Of a DNA stretch of 19,901 nt, positions 1 through 6,553 are shown one piece after another (positions within the stretch are counted from its first letter, which is position 1; every line of letters begins with the position of its first letter). Below the pieces are notes generated by a model. That model saw nothing but the letters and a program-made list of their open reading frames with translations. It was not told where the DNA came from and searched no databases. Source of the DNA: Candidatus Nanohaloarchaea archaeon (GTDB lineage Archaea; Nanohalarchaeota; Nanosalinia; Nanosalinales; Nanosalinaceae); assembly GCA_047617745.1 (NCBI GenBank), contig JBLGBN010000017.1:1-19901 (forward strand), read 5' to 3'. The translations under genes were made by a program, and so were the position numbers.

Positions 1-125
1 TGCTGTATCATGTCTCGTATCAGGTTCTGGCTTCTTCGACCATCTGTCTGGTGTTTGGAGAGTTCTTCTCGCACCATTTCTCTGATGACTTCGTGGATTT
101 CGTCAAGTTCCTCCAGCTTAACCAT
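1..125 (-). CDS. Hypothetical protein, N-terminal part (MVKLEELDEIHEVIREMVREELSKHQTDGRRSQNLIRDMIQ...)
   Basis: Hand translation; ATG at 125 preceded by GGAGAGGTG; open to the window edge; acidic helical composition. Confidence 0.7.
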   Translation of the reverse strand, partial: MVKLEELDEIHEVIREMVREELSKHQTDGRRSQNLIRDMIQ

Positions 126-128
126 ACT

Positions 129-239
129 TCAACACACCTCTCCAGGTTTTGTCCGAAGTAACGGAGACCTGTTTATAAAGCAGTCATAGGTTAAGCACGG
201 CATCTGGCGGTCGAAAATCGGATAGGAGCGAATTGTCAT
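129..239 (-). CDS. Putative 36-aa micro-ORF (MTIRSYPIFDRQMPCLTYDCFINRSPLLRTKPGEVC)
   Basis: ATG overlaps the upstream stop (ATGA) with GAGGTGA 6 nt upstream; composition is not acidic, so coding status is uncertain. Confidence 0.35.
   Translation of the reverse strand: MTIRSYPIFDRQMPCLTYDCFINRSPLLRTKPGEVC
143..180 (-). promoter_or_regulatory. Candidate internal TATA box (TTTATAAA, 172-179) followed by a hairpin (CAGGT-C-TCCG...CGGA-CAAA-ACCTG, 143-171)
   Basis: Consensus archaeal TATA about 47 nt upstream of the ATG at 125; hairpin ends at the SD sequence. Confidence 0.4.
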
Positions 240-496
240 CGATCTTCACCTCTTCTCCGCATTTCTTCCTTCTGCCATTCAACGAAACCGTCTTCCAGAC
301 ATCCTTCTGTCCAGATTACCTTTCCGTTTTCCATTCTTCTACAGTTGCAGGCATCTGGATGACCTGGTATCGGTTGGTAGATTTTCGAGTCTATACCTTT
401 GTAGTGCAGTTTTCCTCCTGTCTCGAAATTCCGGGTATCGCATCTAGGACAGGTAAGAGTTTCTTCAAGCTCGTATCCGCAGTGTTGACAGTTCAT
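236..496 (-). CDS. Small Zn-ribbon protein
   Basis: CQHCG...CPRC motifs; AGGTGA upstream of the ATG. Confidence 0.75.
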   Translation of the reverse strand: MNCQHCGYELEETLTCPRCDTRNFETGGKLHYKGIDSKIYQPIPGHPDACNCRRMENGKVIWTEGCLEDGFVEWQKEEMRRRGEDR

Positions 497-509
497 AGAG
501 TTTGTTCAC

Positions 510-725
510 CTATGTAGTATTATTTTCAAGCTGGAGCTTCGCAACGTGGTAGGCGTAGTCTTCTCCGATCACTGGCTCTAACTTGATTTTATCGGAGTTA
601 TCCAGAGAACTGACGACTTCCATCCGTGATTCGTCTCCAAGCTCTTTATCCAGGTCGGGTAAAGGCATCTCCTGGCTCTCCTGCTGGTTAAGTATGCCGA
701 TGGCTTTTGCCTCGATCCTATCCAT
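510..725 (-). CDS. Small hypothetical protein, possible winged-helix fold
   Basis: 71-aa acidic ORF overlapping the primase-helicase stop; GGGTGA SD; helix-helix-helix-hairpin-like pattern. Confidence 0.7.
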   Translation of the reverse strand: MDRIEAKAIGILNQQESQEMPLPDLDKELGDESRMEVVSSLDNSDKIKLEPVIGEDYAYHVAKLQLENNTT

Positions 726-3700
726 TCTGCTTCACCCTGTACTGCTCCTGACCTGCTTCCTTGCGGGTTTCGAACACGCTGTTTTCGTGGATAGCGTCGA
801 GAACTTCTACCTTGTCATATTCTTCACTAACGAGATACTGTGCGTTCTGGATTGGATTCCAGCCGTCGCCTTGGGACAAACTGTGGATGGTTTTGGCTGG
901 TTCGTTCAGTTCTTGCTTCACGGAGTTCACGGATTCACTTTGATTCTGCGAAGGGATGTCCTGGTGTTTATCCGAGTCCTGTTCTTTCTCCTGCCCACCC
1001 TCTTCCGTTTCCTTCGTGTAACGGTGAAGTTCGTGAACCTCGTCATCCTCTTCTTCGTTTTGTTCAATCTCTCTTTTCTTGTCTATCAGGTTGTCTATCT
1101 CTGTTTTGTTGAGGAACTGGATTCCTTTGGGTTCGAGTCTTACTCCGCTTCCTGACTTTGTAGCGACAAGTTTCTCGGCTTTCAGTTTCTGCCATTTCTC
1201 TTTCACGGTTCGTTTGCTGTCGCCGAGTTTCTCTGCCAGTGCTCCGGAAGTATTCGCCTCTCGACCTATCTCCTTCAGGATAAGCAGTTGATCTGCGGAG
1301 AGTTCTTCAACAAGTTCTTCCAGTTTTTCCTGGTCAAGCGTGGTCTTCTCTCGTTCCTCTTTCAATAGGCTCTTCATTCCGAGTCGTTCCATTACCTTCT
1401 CGAAAAACTCCTTGACTCGTTCGACATGCTCTTCTGTAACCGTTATTTTTCCGTCCTCAACTGCGTGTTCAAGGACTGCTTGTGCTACGCAGAGCCGTGT
1501 CAGTTTTTCTCTGAATGCTCGGCTGACTATTGGTATGCTCTGGAAGTTGTAGCCTTTCATCATGTTGCTGGCTTCGACTCTGATTCTCTCCTTCGCATCA
1601 TCAGTGTACTGAATATCTTGTGGTTTCAGGCTCCATGCCCAGAGAACATGCTTCTTGTAGAACTCGTCGCTGTATGGCTTCTCCGAGGCTCTTGCCTGAG
1701 CTATCTCGTCCTCTGTAACATCTTCAGCCATGAATGGGATATACAAATCCCAACGCCGTATGTCAGGCCCTGAACTGAAAGTATTCGTGTCCTTGATTGC
1801 CTTGGCAGGTTTCGGGTAGTGTAGGGAGATCGGTTCTTTCGGCGGATTCATAGCCCCGATAATCCTGACTCTGGCAGGTGCAGAACCTTTGACACTTCGG
1901 TTGACGTTTACTCGCTGGTCTTCGAGTATCTCCCGCAGGTTCTTCATTTCCTCTTCGTGTAGCTGGTTAAGTCCGTCCAGTCCGACCAGTCCCATATCGT
2001 TGAGTGGGAGGACGCCCCATTCGATTACTCTCTGTTCTGTGTTGATGGTGTAGGCCAGTCCTGTTCTGCTGCCTGTTTCTGCGGAAGCGTATTCTCCGAG
2101 CCGGTAGTGGTCTTTGGTCAGTTCCTTTATCTGTTCGGACTTGTATGTTCCTCCGTCTCCGAAGAAAAGTAATCGGAGACTGCCTCGCTGTATTTTTCCC
2201 TCGATATTCGGTATGAGAGGTGGGCTGTGTGCGGTAAGCTGTAAACCTTTTCTGGCTAAAGGTCTACCGACCATGTCCGCAGCGATCATCTCGCAGGCGT
2301 TGTCAACCATCCATTTTTCGTTATATTTCTCGTGTTCTTCTTCGCTAAGTTCTATTTCCTGGAAACTTTGCTCCTCTGGCTCTATCTCATCTCCTATCAG
2401 CACCATTTGGTCGTTGTTGCTGTTGACGTGGACTTCTCCTCTGACTTTGACTGACTTGGAGTTCGGTATTTCTTCGCCTATGAGGTAGGCTGGTATGCTG
2501 TTGTTTTGGTTGGCGTTGAACTGTTCTGTATCCTGTAGAAGGTTCTGGAGCTTCATCCAAGATTTGTCAAGGTATTCTTCTATGGTGTGATTCCAGCTGT
2601 GGTTGTTATTGTCATCGATACAGTCTTTCCTGCTGTTCTTCCATGCGATTATGCTTTTCAGGATGTTATGCTGGTTTTTGTTGGAGAGAAGAAAGCGATG
2701 CAACAATTTCTCTTCCACCATATCTCCTTTCCAGGTCTTGTTACACTTCGGACACTCGGCTGTTACTTTCCATGGGATCGCCATTCCCTGCTTCTGTCCC
2801 TTAATCTTGCCTCTGACAGAAATCCGAATATCTACAAGTTCAGAGTTAACATCAGCAGGGCTGTAAGACCTGTAGACATCAAGGAAATGCCTTGCGTCTT
2901 CTATCAGTTCTTCGAGGTCGTAGCCGTTTTCCGTCGTCCAGTCGTCTAAATCCGCTTTCTCTGGCGTTTCTTCACTCCATTCGTGGACGAGAACTTTATG
3001 CTCCTCTACTAGACTGTCGCCTGTTTGCCGAGCATTCTCCCTACCCGTATCGTCGTTGTCGGTAACTATCAGAATCTGTTTGTAGTTCTTGGCGATACCC
3101 TTGAGTTCGTTGAAGTGCCCTTCAAAGCTTCCGCAGGCTGCAGCAACAGTATCATATCCTGCCTCATAAGCAGAGATGGCATCCGGATAGCCTTCCGTCA
3201 ATATCAGCGTATCGGAACTGTTTCGGAGTAGCTTGTAGATATCGTTTTCCACAAACTCGTTTCCGCTGCTTTTGGCCTGCTGATATTTCTTGTGTTCTTC
3301 CTCTGCGTTGGGATCTCGACACGTTATGAGATAAGGCTGGTCGTTTCTTTCCAGATGCGGAATTAGATATGTGCCGTCTTCCTGTCCTGTCATACCGTAG
3401 TGGATTCCTGCTTCTCCAAGTTTCTCGCCGTACTCCTGTTTCAAGCTGTTGAAAAGCTCTTCATCCATCCAGCCGATTCTCAGGTCTTCAACTGTCTCTC
3501 GACCCCAGTTTCTTCGCTCCTTCAAGTCTTGGTAGTGTTGCTTTTCCAGTTGTTCCTGAGCTTTCTGAACTACTTGTTCCTGTATCTGTCGGATTTCTAT
3601 CCTCTTTTCTCGTTGCTCCGAGCTTTTAGCTTTCTCATCAGGTATTTCTATGTCAAGTCCGTGCTCCTGAATTAGCTGCTTTGCAGCTTCATAGTTGCCG

Positions 3701-3897
3701 ATTCCGTCTCTCTGGGCTATGTAGTTGATGAAGTCTCCGCCTTTAGACTTACAGCTGTGGCATTTCCAGTTTCCTGCTTCGTAGATTTTGAGTGCTGGGT
3801 CGCTGTCTCCACAGATTTCGCAGTTCAGCTTGTTTCCTTCTACATCAGCTACATCTGAGAAATCCAGCTTTCTCTTGACTTTATAGATAAGACTCAT
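718..3897 (-). CDS. Primase-helicase fusion: C4 Zn finger + DnaG-type TOPRIM primase + MCM-like AAA+ helicase + C-terminal winged helix
   Basis: CEIC...WKCHSC..GGDFINY; TOPRIM ILTEGYPD and IVTDNDDTG, then DLDDW; CPKC Zn knuckle; Walker A LLFFGDGGTYKS; SRTGL; GVLPLNDMGLVGLDG; ARVRIIGAMNP; RRWDL (SRFDL-like Arg finger); TSGALAEKLG..RTVKEKWQKLKAEKLV wHTH. Confidence 0.9.
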   Translation of the reverse strand: MSLIYKVKRKLDFSDVADVEGNKLNCEICGDSDPALKIYEAGNWKCHSCKSKGGDFINYIAQRDGIGNYEAAKQLIQEHGLDIEIPDEKAKSSEQREKRIEIRQIQEQVVQKAQEQLEKQHYQDLKERRNWGRETVEDLRIGWMDEELFNSLKQEYGEKLGEAGIHYGMTGQEDGTYLIPHLERNDQPYLITCRDPNAEEEHKKYQQAKSSGNEFVENDIYKLLRNSSDTLILTEGYPDAISAYEAGYDTVAAACGSFEGHFNELKGIAKNYKQILIVTDNDDTGRENARQTGDSLVEEHKVLVHEWSEETPEKADLDDWTTENGYDLEELIEDARHFLDVYRSYSPADVNSELVDIRISVRGKIKGQKQGMAIPWKVTAECPKCNKTWKGDMVEEKLLHRFLLSNKNQHNILKSIIAWKNSRKDCIDDNNNHSWNHTIEEYLDKSWMKLQNLLQDTEQFNANQNNSIPAYLIGEEIPNSKSVKVRGEVHVNSNNDQMVLIGDEIEPEEQSFQEIELSEEEHEKYNEKWMVDNACEMIAADMVGRPLARKGLQLTAHSPPLIPNIEGKIQRGSLRLLFFGDGGTYKSEQIKELTKDHYRLGEYASAETGSRTGLAYTINTEQRVIEWGVLPLNDMGLVGLDGLNQLHEEEMKNLREILEDQRVNVNRSVKGSAPARVRIIGAMNPPKEPISLHYPKPAKAIKDTNTFSSGPDIRRWDLYIPFMAEDVTEDEIAQARASEKPYSDEFYKKHVLWAWSLKPQDIQYTDDAKERIRVEASNMMKGYNFQSIPIVSRAFREKLTRLCVAQAVLEHAVEDGKITVTEEHVERVKEFFEKVMERLGMKSLLKEEREKTTLDQEKLEELVEELSADQLLILKEIGREANTSGALAEKLGDSKRTVKEKWQKLKAEKLVATKSGSGVRLEPKGIQFLNKTEIDNLIDKKREIEQNEEEDDEVHELHRYTKETEEGGQEKEQDSDKHQDIPSQNQSESVNSVKQELNEPAKTIHSLSQGDGWNPIQNAQYLVSEEYDKVEVLDAIHENSVFETRKEAGQEQYRVKQNG

Positions 3898-4196
3898 TAC
3901 TGGTTCACCTGTCGCTTTCTGTTCTTTTCTGAGATTTTGTCTTCCAGCCTTTCTACTGCGTCCTTGGCGTGTTCTACCAATTCCTTTGTATCTTTCTGAC
4001 TACTGAGCCTGCCCGAAGTCTGCTTAATGATCTGACCCCAGTAAAGTGCAGAAGCTGTCATATGAGGTGGTTTATCGGAGTAGAGGCGGTAGACGAGTTC
4101 CCACTTGAACCGTTCCGTTGTAATCTCGACCACAAATCTTTGCCCATATTTTCTGGATTTCTGCATTCTGCTGGTGGCGTCGATAATCTCTGTCAT
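3897..4196 (-). CDS. Hypothetical protein (99 aa, basic)
   Basis: ATG at 4196 in a TGATG overlap with GAGGTGA SD; stop overlaps the primase start (TAATG). Confidence 0.75.
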   Translation of the reverse strand: MTEIIDATSRMQKSRKYGQRFVVEITTERFKWELVYRLYSDKPPHMTASALYWGQIIKQTSGRLSSQKDTKELVEHAKDAVERLEDKISEKNRKRQVNQ

Positions 4197-4363
4197 CAAA
4201 ATTTCACCTCTCTCCAGACGCTTTCTTGTCCGAGGAATGGTTCTTCATGGATATGTTTCCAGAACCGACCGCATTCCTGACATTTCCAGATGCTCTCTGT
4301 TTCAAATCTGTCGACATCATTAAACTCCAGTTCTCCACCGCATTCACAGGTTTTCCCTGACAT
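4196..4363 (-). CDS. 55-aa Zn-ribbon protein (MSGKTCECGGELEFNDVDRFETESIWKCQECGRFWKHIHEEPFLGQESVWREVKF), not in the ORF track
   Basis: CECGG...CQECG motifs; GGAGG SD; TAATG and TGATG overlaps fill the gap exactly. Confidence 0.8.
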   Translation of the reverse strand: MSGKTCECGGELEFNDVDRFETESIWKCQECGRFWKHIHEEPFLGQESVWREVKF

Positions 4364-4611
4364 TACTGATCATCCTCCATGCTATCTACGAATGCGTCAA
4401 CTTGCTTCTTTGCGTCCTCTACCGTCTCAATATGCAGGAAATAAATAGACCGATGGTATTCGACCTCGTCCGAGATTTTCAAGATTTGAAACAGGGCGAA
4501 GTCGTTCTCTGGAAGATATATGTCGAACTCGTAGAAAGCATCTCCCAAAGATACAGTCTTGTGAACCTTCTTCCAGGTGTCGTTACTGTAAACCCTGCAG
4601 TTACTGTACAC
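4363..4611 (-). CDS. Hypothetical protein (82 aa from a GTG start)
   Basis: GGAGGTG 6 nt upstream of GTG at 4611; acidic C-terminus; stop overlaps the next start. Confidence 0.7.
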   Translation of the reverse strand: MYSNCRVYSNDTWKKVHKTVSLGDAFYEFDIYLPENDFALFQILKISDEVEYHRSIYFLHIETVEDAKKQVDAFVDSMEDDQ

Positions 4612-4669
4612 AACTGACACCTCCGAAAAGGGCCGAACCTTTAACAAACGATATATTGAGATGCTCCAT
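4601..4669 (-). CDS. Putative 22-aa micro-ORF (MEHLNISFVKGSALFGGVSCVQ)
   Basis: TAATG overlap with GGAGGTGA 6 nt upstream; ends overlapping the next GTG start. Confidence 0.35.
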   Translation of the reverse strand: MEHLNISFVKGSALFGGVSCVQ

Positions 4670-5205
4670 TAGGAGTCACCTCCATCTTTTGCAGGTTGGA
4701 CGGAGCTCTCGGCGGGCGGATTTTCGTCCGCCTCCTCTTCCACTTCCAGGGGATATACTTGGTCTGGTTCTCTGTCTTCGAAATAGTCGGGGTAAGTAGG
4801 ATTTTCTGCACCTATCAGGCTGTAGTGTTCAATTACTTCCTCGTCCAGCTTGACGATGTAGAAATGGACTGTTCCCATGTGGAAATGGTCTGTCCCACAG
4901 ATACCTATCTGTCTAGTCACATGGTTATGGGAGCTTACCTCCTCTCTGCGAATTGGATTTTCTTCTTCCCAGTGTTCCTCTTTCCACCTTTTGACGAAGT
5001 AGACCCATGTAGCGACGAAATATTCCAGATCATCGTTCCGAGGCATCCAGTTATAGTAGTCCTGGAGTTTGGAAACGGTTACATCAGGATAGCCGTCACT
5101 ATGTTTGTATGTCAGAACCTTATCTACTCGCCTTTCTAATTCTCCTGTCTTTTGATTCTCCCACTCTATTTCCTGCTGGAAAAGAATCTGACATCTAGTC
5201 GACAT
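4669..5205 (-). CDS. Hypothetical mobile-element protein with N-terminal MSTR and a YxHxDGYP motif
   Basis: MSTRCQI...YKHSDGYP; the motif pair resembles an uncharacterised phage/plasmid family as I recall it; AGGTGG SD. Confidence 0.8.
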   Translation of the reverse strand: MSTRCQILFQQEIEWENQKTGELERRVDKVLTYKHSDGYPDVTVSKLQDYYNWMPRNDDLEYFVATWVYFVKRWKEEHWEEENPIRREEVSSHNHVTRQIGICGTDHFHMGTVHFYIVKLDEEVIEHYSLIGAENPTYPDYFEDREPDQVYPLEVEEEADENPPAESSVQPAKDGGDS

Positions 5206-5617
5206 TCTTAACCACCTTCTCCTGCAGTTCCTCCCAGTCGTCGAAGCTGTAGTTTCTGTCTCGCAGGAATTCTATGATCGGTTCTCGTAGTTCCTGACCT
5301 AGTTCTCTTACCTGTCGATTTCTGTCGTTACAGAAAGTTTCAATAATTTTCAGGAACGCCTGAAGTTCATCTTCGATTTCTGGTCGCAGTTCTTCGGGAT
5401 CTTTAGCTTTGCTCCAGCCATTTTCGAAGCAGTGAAGAATGTAAATTTTCGCTTCTTTCCTGCTGCATCCGTCTTCTCGAACTCTCTCGGCGTATTTTTC
5501 TACTGTTCCTCTAAGCCAGTTCTTCTGACCTTCAGCCGAGTTCAAAGGATTACAGAACTCTTCCCGACCTTCGCCATTTCCGTCCTCTTCAGTGTCGAAG
5601 AAGTTGTAGTTACTCAT
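5195..5617 (-). CDS. Hypothetical protein (140 aa from MSNYNFF)
   Basis: Acidic helical ORF; ATG at 5617 overlaps the end of the upstream 44-aa ORF, so the longer 5674 start is unlikely. Confidence 0.75.
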   Translation of the reverse strand: MSNYNFFDTEEDGNGEGREEFCNPLNSAEGQKNWLRGTVEKYAERVREDGCSRKEAKIYILHCFENGWSKAKDPEELRPEIEDELQAFLKIIETFCNDRNRQVRELGQELREPIIEFLRDRNYSFDDWEELQEKVVKNVD

Positions 5618-5744
5618 CGGCCATCCCCCGTGCTTTCTGTACTTCTTCCCTGAGAATAGGATGCAGGGTCTCAACAGCCTCCTCAGAAGCTTTGAGTATA
5701 ACTTCGAGAGCTTCGTCCAGTTTCTCCTCCTCTCTGTGTTTCAC
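5610..5744 (-). CDS. 44-aa helical protein (MKHREEEKLDEALEVILKASEEAVETLHPILREEVQKARGMADE), not in the ORF track
   Basis: GAGGTG SD upstream of the GTG start; acidic amphipathic sequence; overlaps the next gene. Confidence 0.7.
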   Translation of the reverse strand: MKHREEEKLDEALEVILKASEEAVETLHPILREEVQKARGMADE

Positions 5745-5762
5745 CGCAGACCACCTCTGAGA

Positions 5763-5941
5763 AAGTTATGGTTGGCTGCTGGGAGGAGTGTAAGCCGAGA
5801 CCGACAGAAACTTAACAGTTGCCTTATATTACCCACTTATATCACCCTGCACCGTAAATTCAACCGAAGCGGGGTGAAAGCGTGGGCAGGTGGCTCTTGG
5901 TCGGGTAGCCTGTCCTCGCTTTATATTTTTCATCGATTTTT
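5763..5941 (+). ncRNA. Candidate structured antisense RNA (or ssDNA signal) with three tandem hairpins and a U-rich tail
   Basis: Stems 5769-5777/5793-5803 (bulged), 5842-5850/5869-5877 and 5877-5890/5909-5922; G.U pairs form on the + strand but become A-C mismatches on -; T-rich tract 5920-5941. Confidence 0.45.
5829..5933 (-). CDS. Putative 34-aa leader peptide (MKNIKRGQATRPRATCPRFHPASVEFTVQGDISG)
   Basis: ATGA overlap with the RHH stop and GGAGG upstream; runs through the hairpins; basic, atypical composition. Confidence 0.3.
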   Translation of the reverse strand: MKNIKRGQATRPRATCPRFHPASVEFTVQGDISG

Positions 5942-6052
5942 CCTCCAGTATTGATGTAGTTCGTGGATGAATCCGTGGTATGGCTGCGCCTGTCTACGGT
6001 CTTCATCCAGTCTGTTCTTGAGTTTCGTTGGCATCCAGATAGTTGTTGCCAT
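5930..6052 (-). CDS. 40-aa ribbon-helix-helix (CopG/antitoxin-like) DNA-binding protein (MATTIWMPTKLKNRLDEDRRQAQPYHGFIHELHQYWRKNR), not in the ORF track
   Basis: TTIxM strand, LKxRLDxxR helix and Y..FI.EL helix typical of archaeal RHH proteins; TATA 23-32 nt upstream (leaderless). Confidence 0.75.
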   Translation of the reverse strand: MATTIWMPTKLKNRLDEDRRQAQPYHGFIHELHQYWRKNR

Positions 6053-6084
6053 ACTACATAATTCTATAGTAATCTATAAATAAA
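6051..6084 (-). promoter_or_regulatory. TATA box (TTTATTTATA, 6075-6084) with three 10-bp-phased AWWCTAYA repeats (putative operator)
   Basis: ATACTACATA/ATTCTATAGT/AATCTATAAA at 6051, 6061 and 6071, spanning start codon to TATA. Confidence 0.6.
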
Positions 6085-6432
6085 CCCCGTTCCTCCGTCT
6101 AAAATAGTGTAAGTCTGAGCAGACACTTTCGTTTCAGTGTCCGACCTTAGCCAACTACCTTTCCTACCTGTAAAAAACTGTAAGATAATATCGACACTAT
6201 AAAAGCTCAGAAATTGGGTTTTAGATTATAATCGAAGATTTAAGATTGCTTCAAATACGAAGACACTGTATTTTAGCTTCTTCAAAGCTCCAGAATTAAG
6301 AAAATGATACACGCTTTCTCAAGAAATAGCTGAGACAGACTCGTTGAGAATCTAAACAGAAATTTAAGAATTTATGACGAACGGTTGGTTACAAAACCTA
6401 TCTCCCATCCCGCATCGTATCAATAGTAAGGT

Positions 6433-6504
6433 TGCGGCGTCCGGGATTTGAACCCGGGTTGCTGGCTTGGAAGGCCAGAGTCTTAGCCACTGGACCAACG
6501 CCGC
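6433..6504 (-). tRNA. tRNA-Gly(TCC), intronless, CCA not encoded
   Basis: Acceptor stem GCGGCGT/ACGCCGC; anticodon arm CTGGC-CTTCCAA-GCCAG; T arm CCGGG-TTCAAAT-CCCGG; discriminator A. Confidence 0.97.
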
Positions 6505-6553
6505 GTCTCTATGTTGATGGATTAAGATGCAAGATTCTTAAATAGTTGGAGGA

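Larger units (their letters stand above)
1..6432 (-). mobile_element. Putative integrated element (plasmid/provirus), right-hand part; continues beyond the left edge
   Basis: Abuts the tRNA-Gly 3' end; carries its own primase-helicase, an RHH regulator, Zn-ribbon and ORFan genes, all co-oriented; no housekeeping genes. No integrase or second att copy is visible in the window. Confidence 0.8.

Noticed and set aside
4582..4608. Direct repeat GTTACTGTA x2
   Set aside because: Short in-frame repeat encoding YSN twice; no further copies seen
233..5954. Plus-strand ORFs such as 583-1155, 2587-2949, 4696-5139 and 5661-5954
   Set aside because: Antisense shadows of minus-strand genes; Phe/Leu/Ser-rich composition is expected from the complement of acidic codons, and they carry no motifs
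5610..6052. Type II toxin-antitoxin reading of the RHH gene
   Set aside because: No adjacent PIN, RelE, HicA or MazF-like ORF recognisable
6122..6267. GACACT recurring at 6122, 6193 and 6262 (about 70-bp spacing), suggestive of a mini-CRISPR or iterons
   Set aside because: Only a 6-bp core is shared, the flanks do not align, and there are no cas genes
1..6432. Calling the element a virus
   Set aside because: No capsid, terminase or packaging ATPase is visible in this part; plasmid versus provirus cannot be decided here
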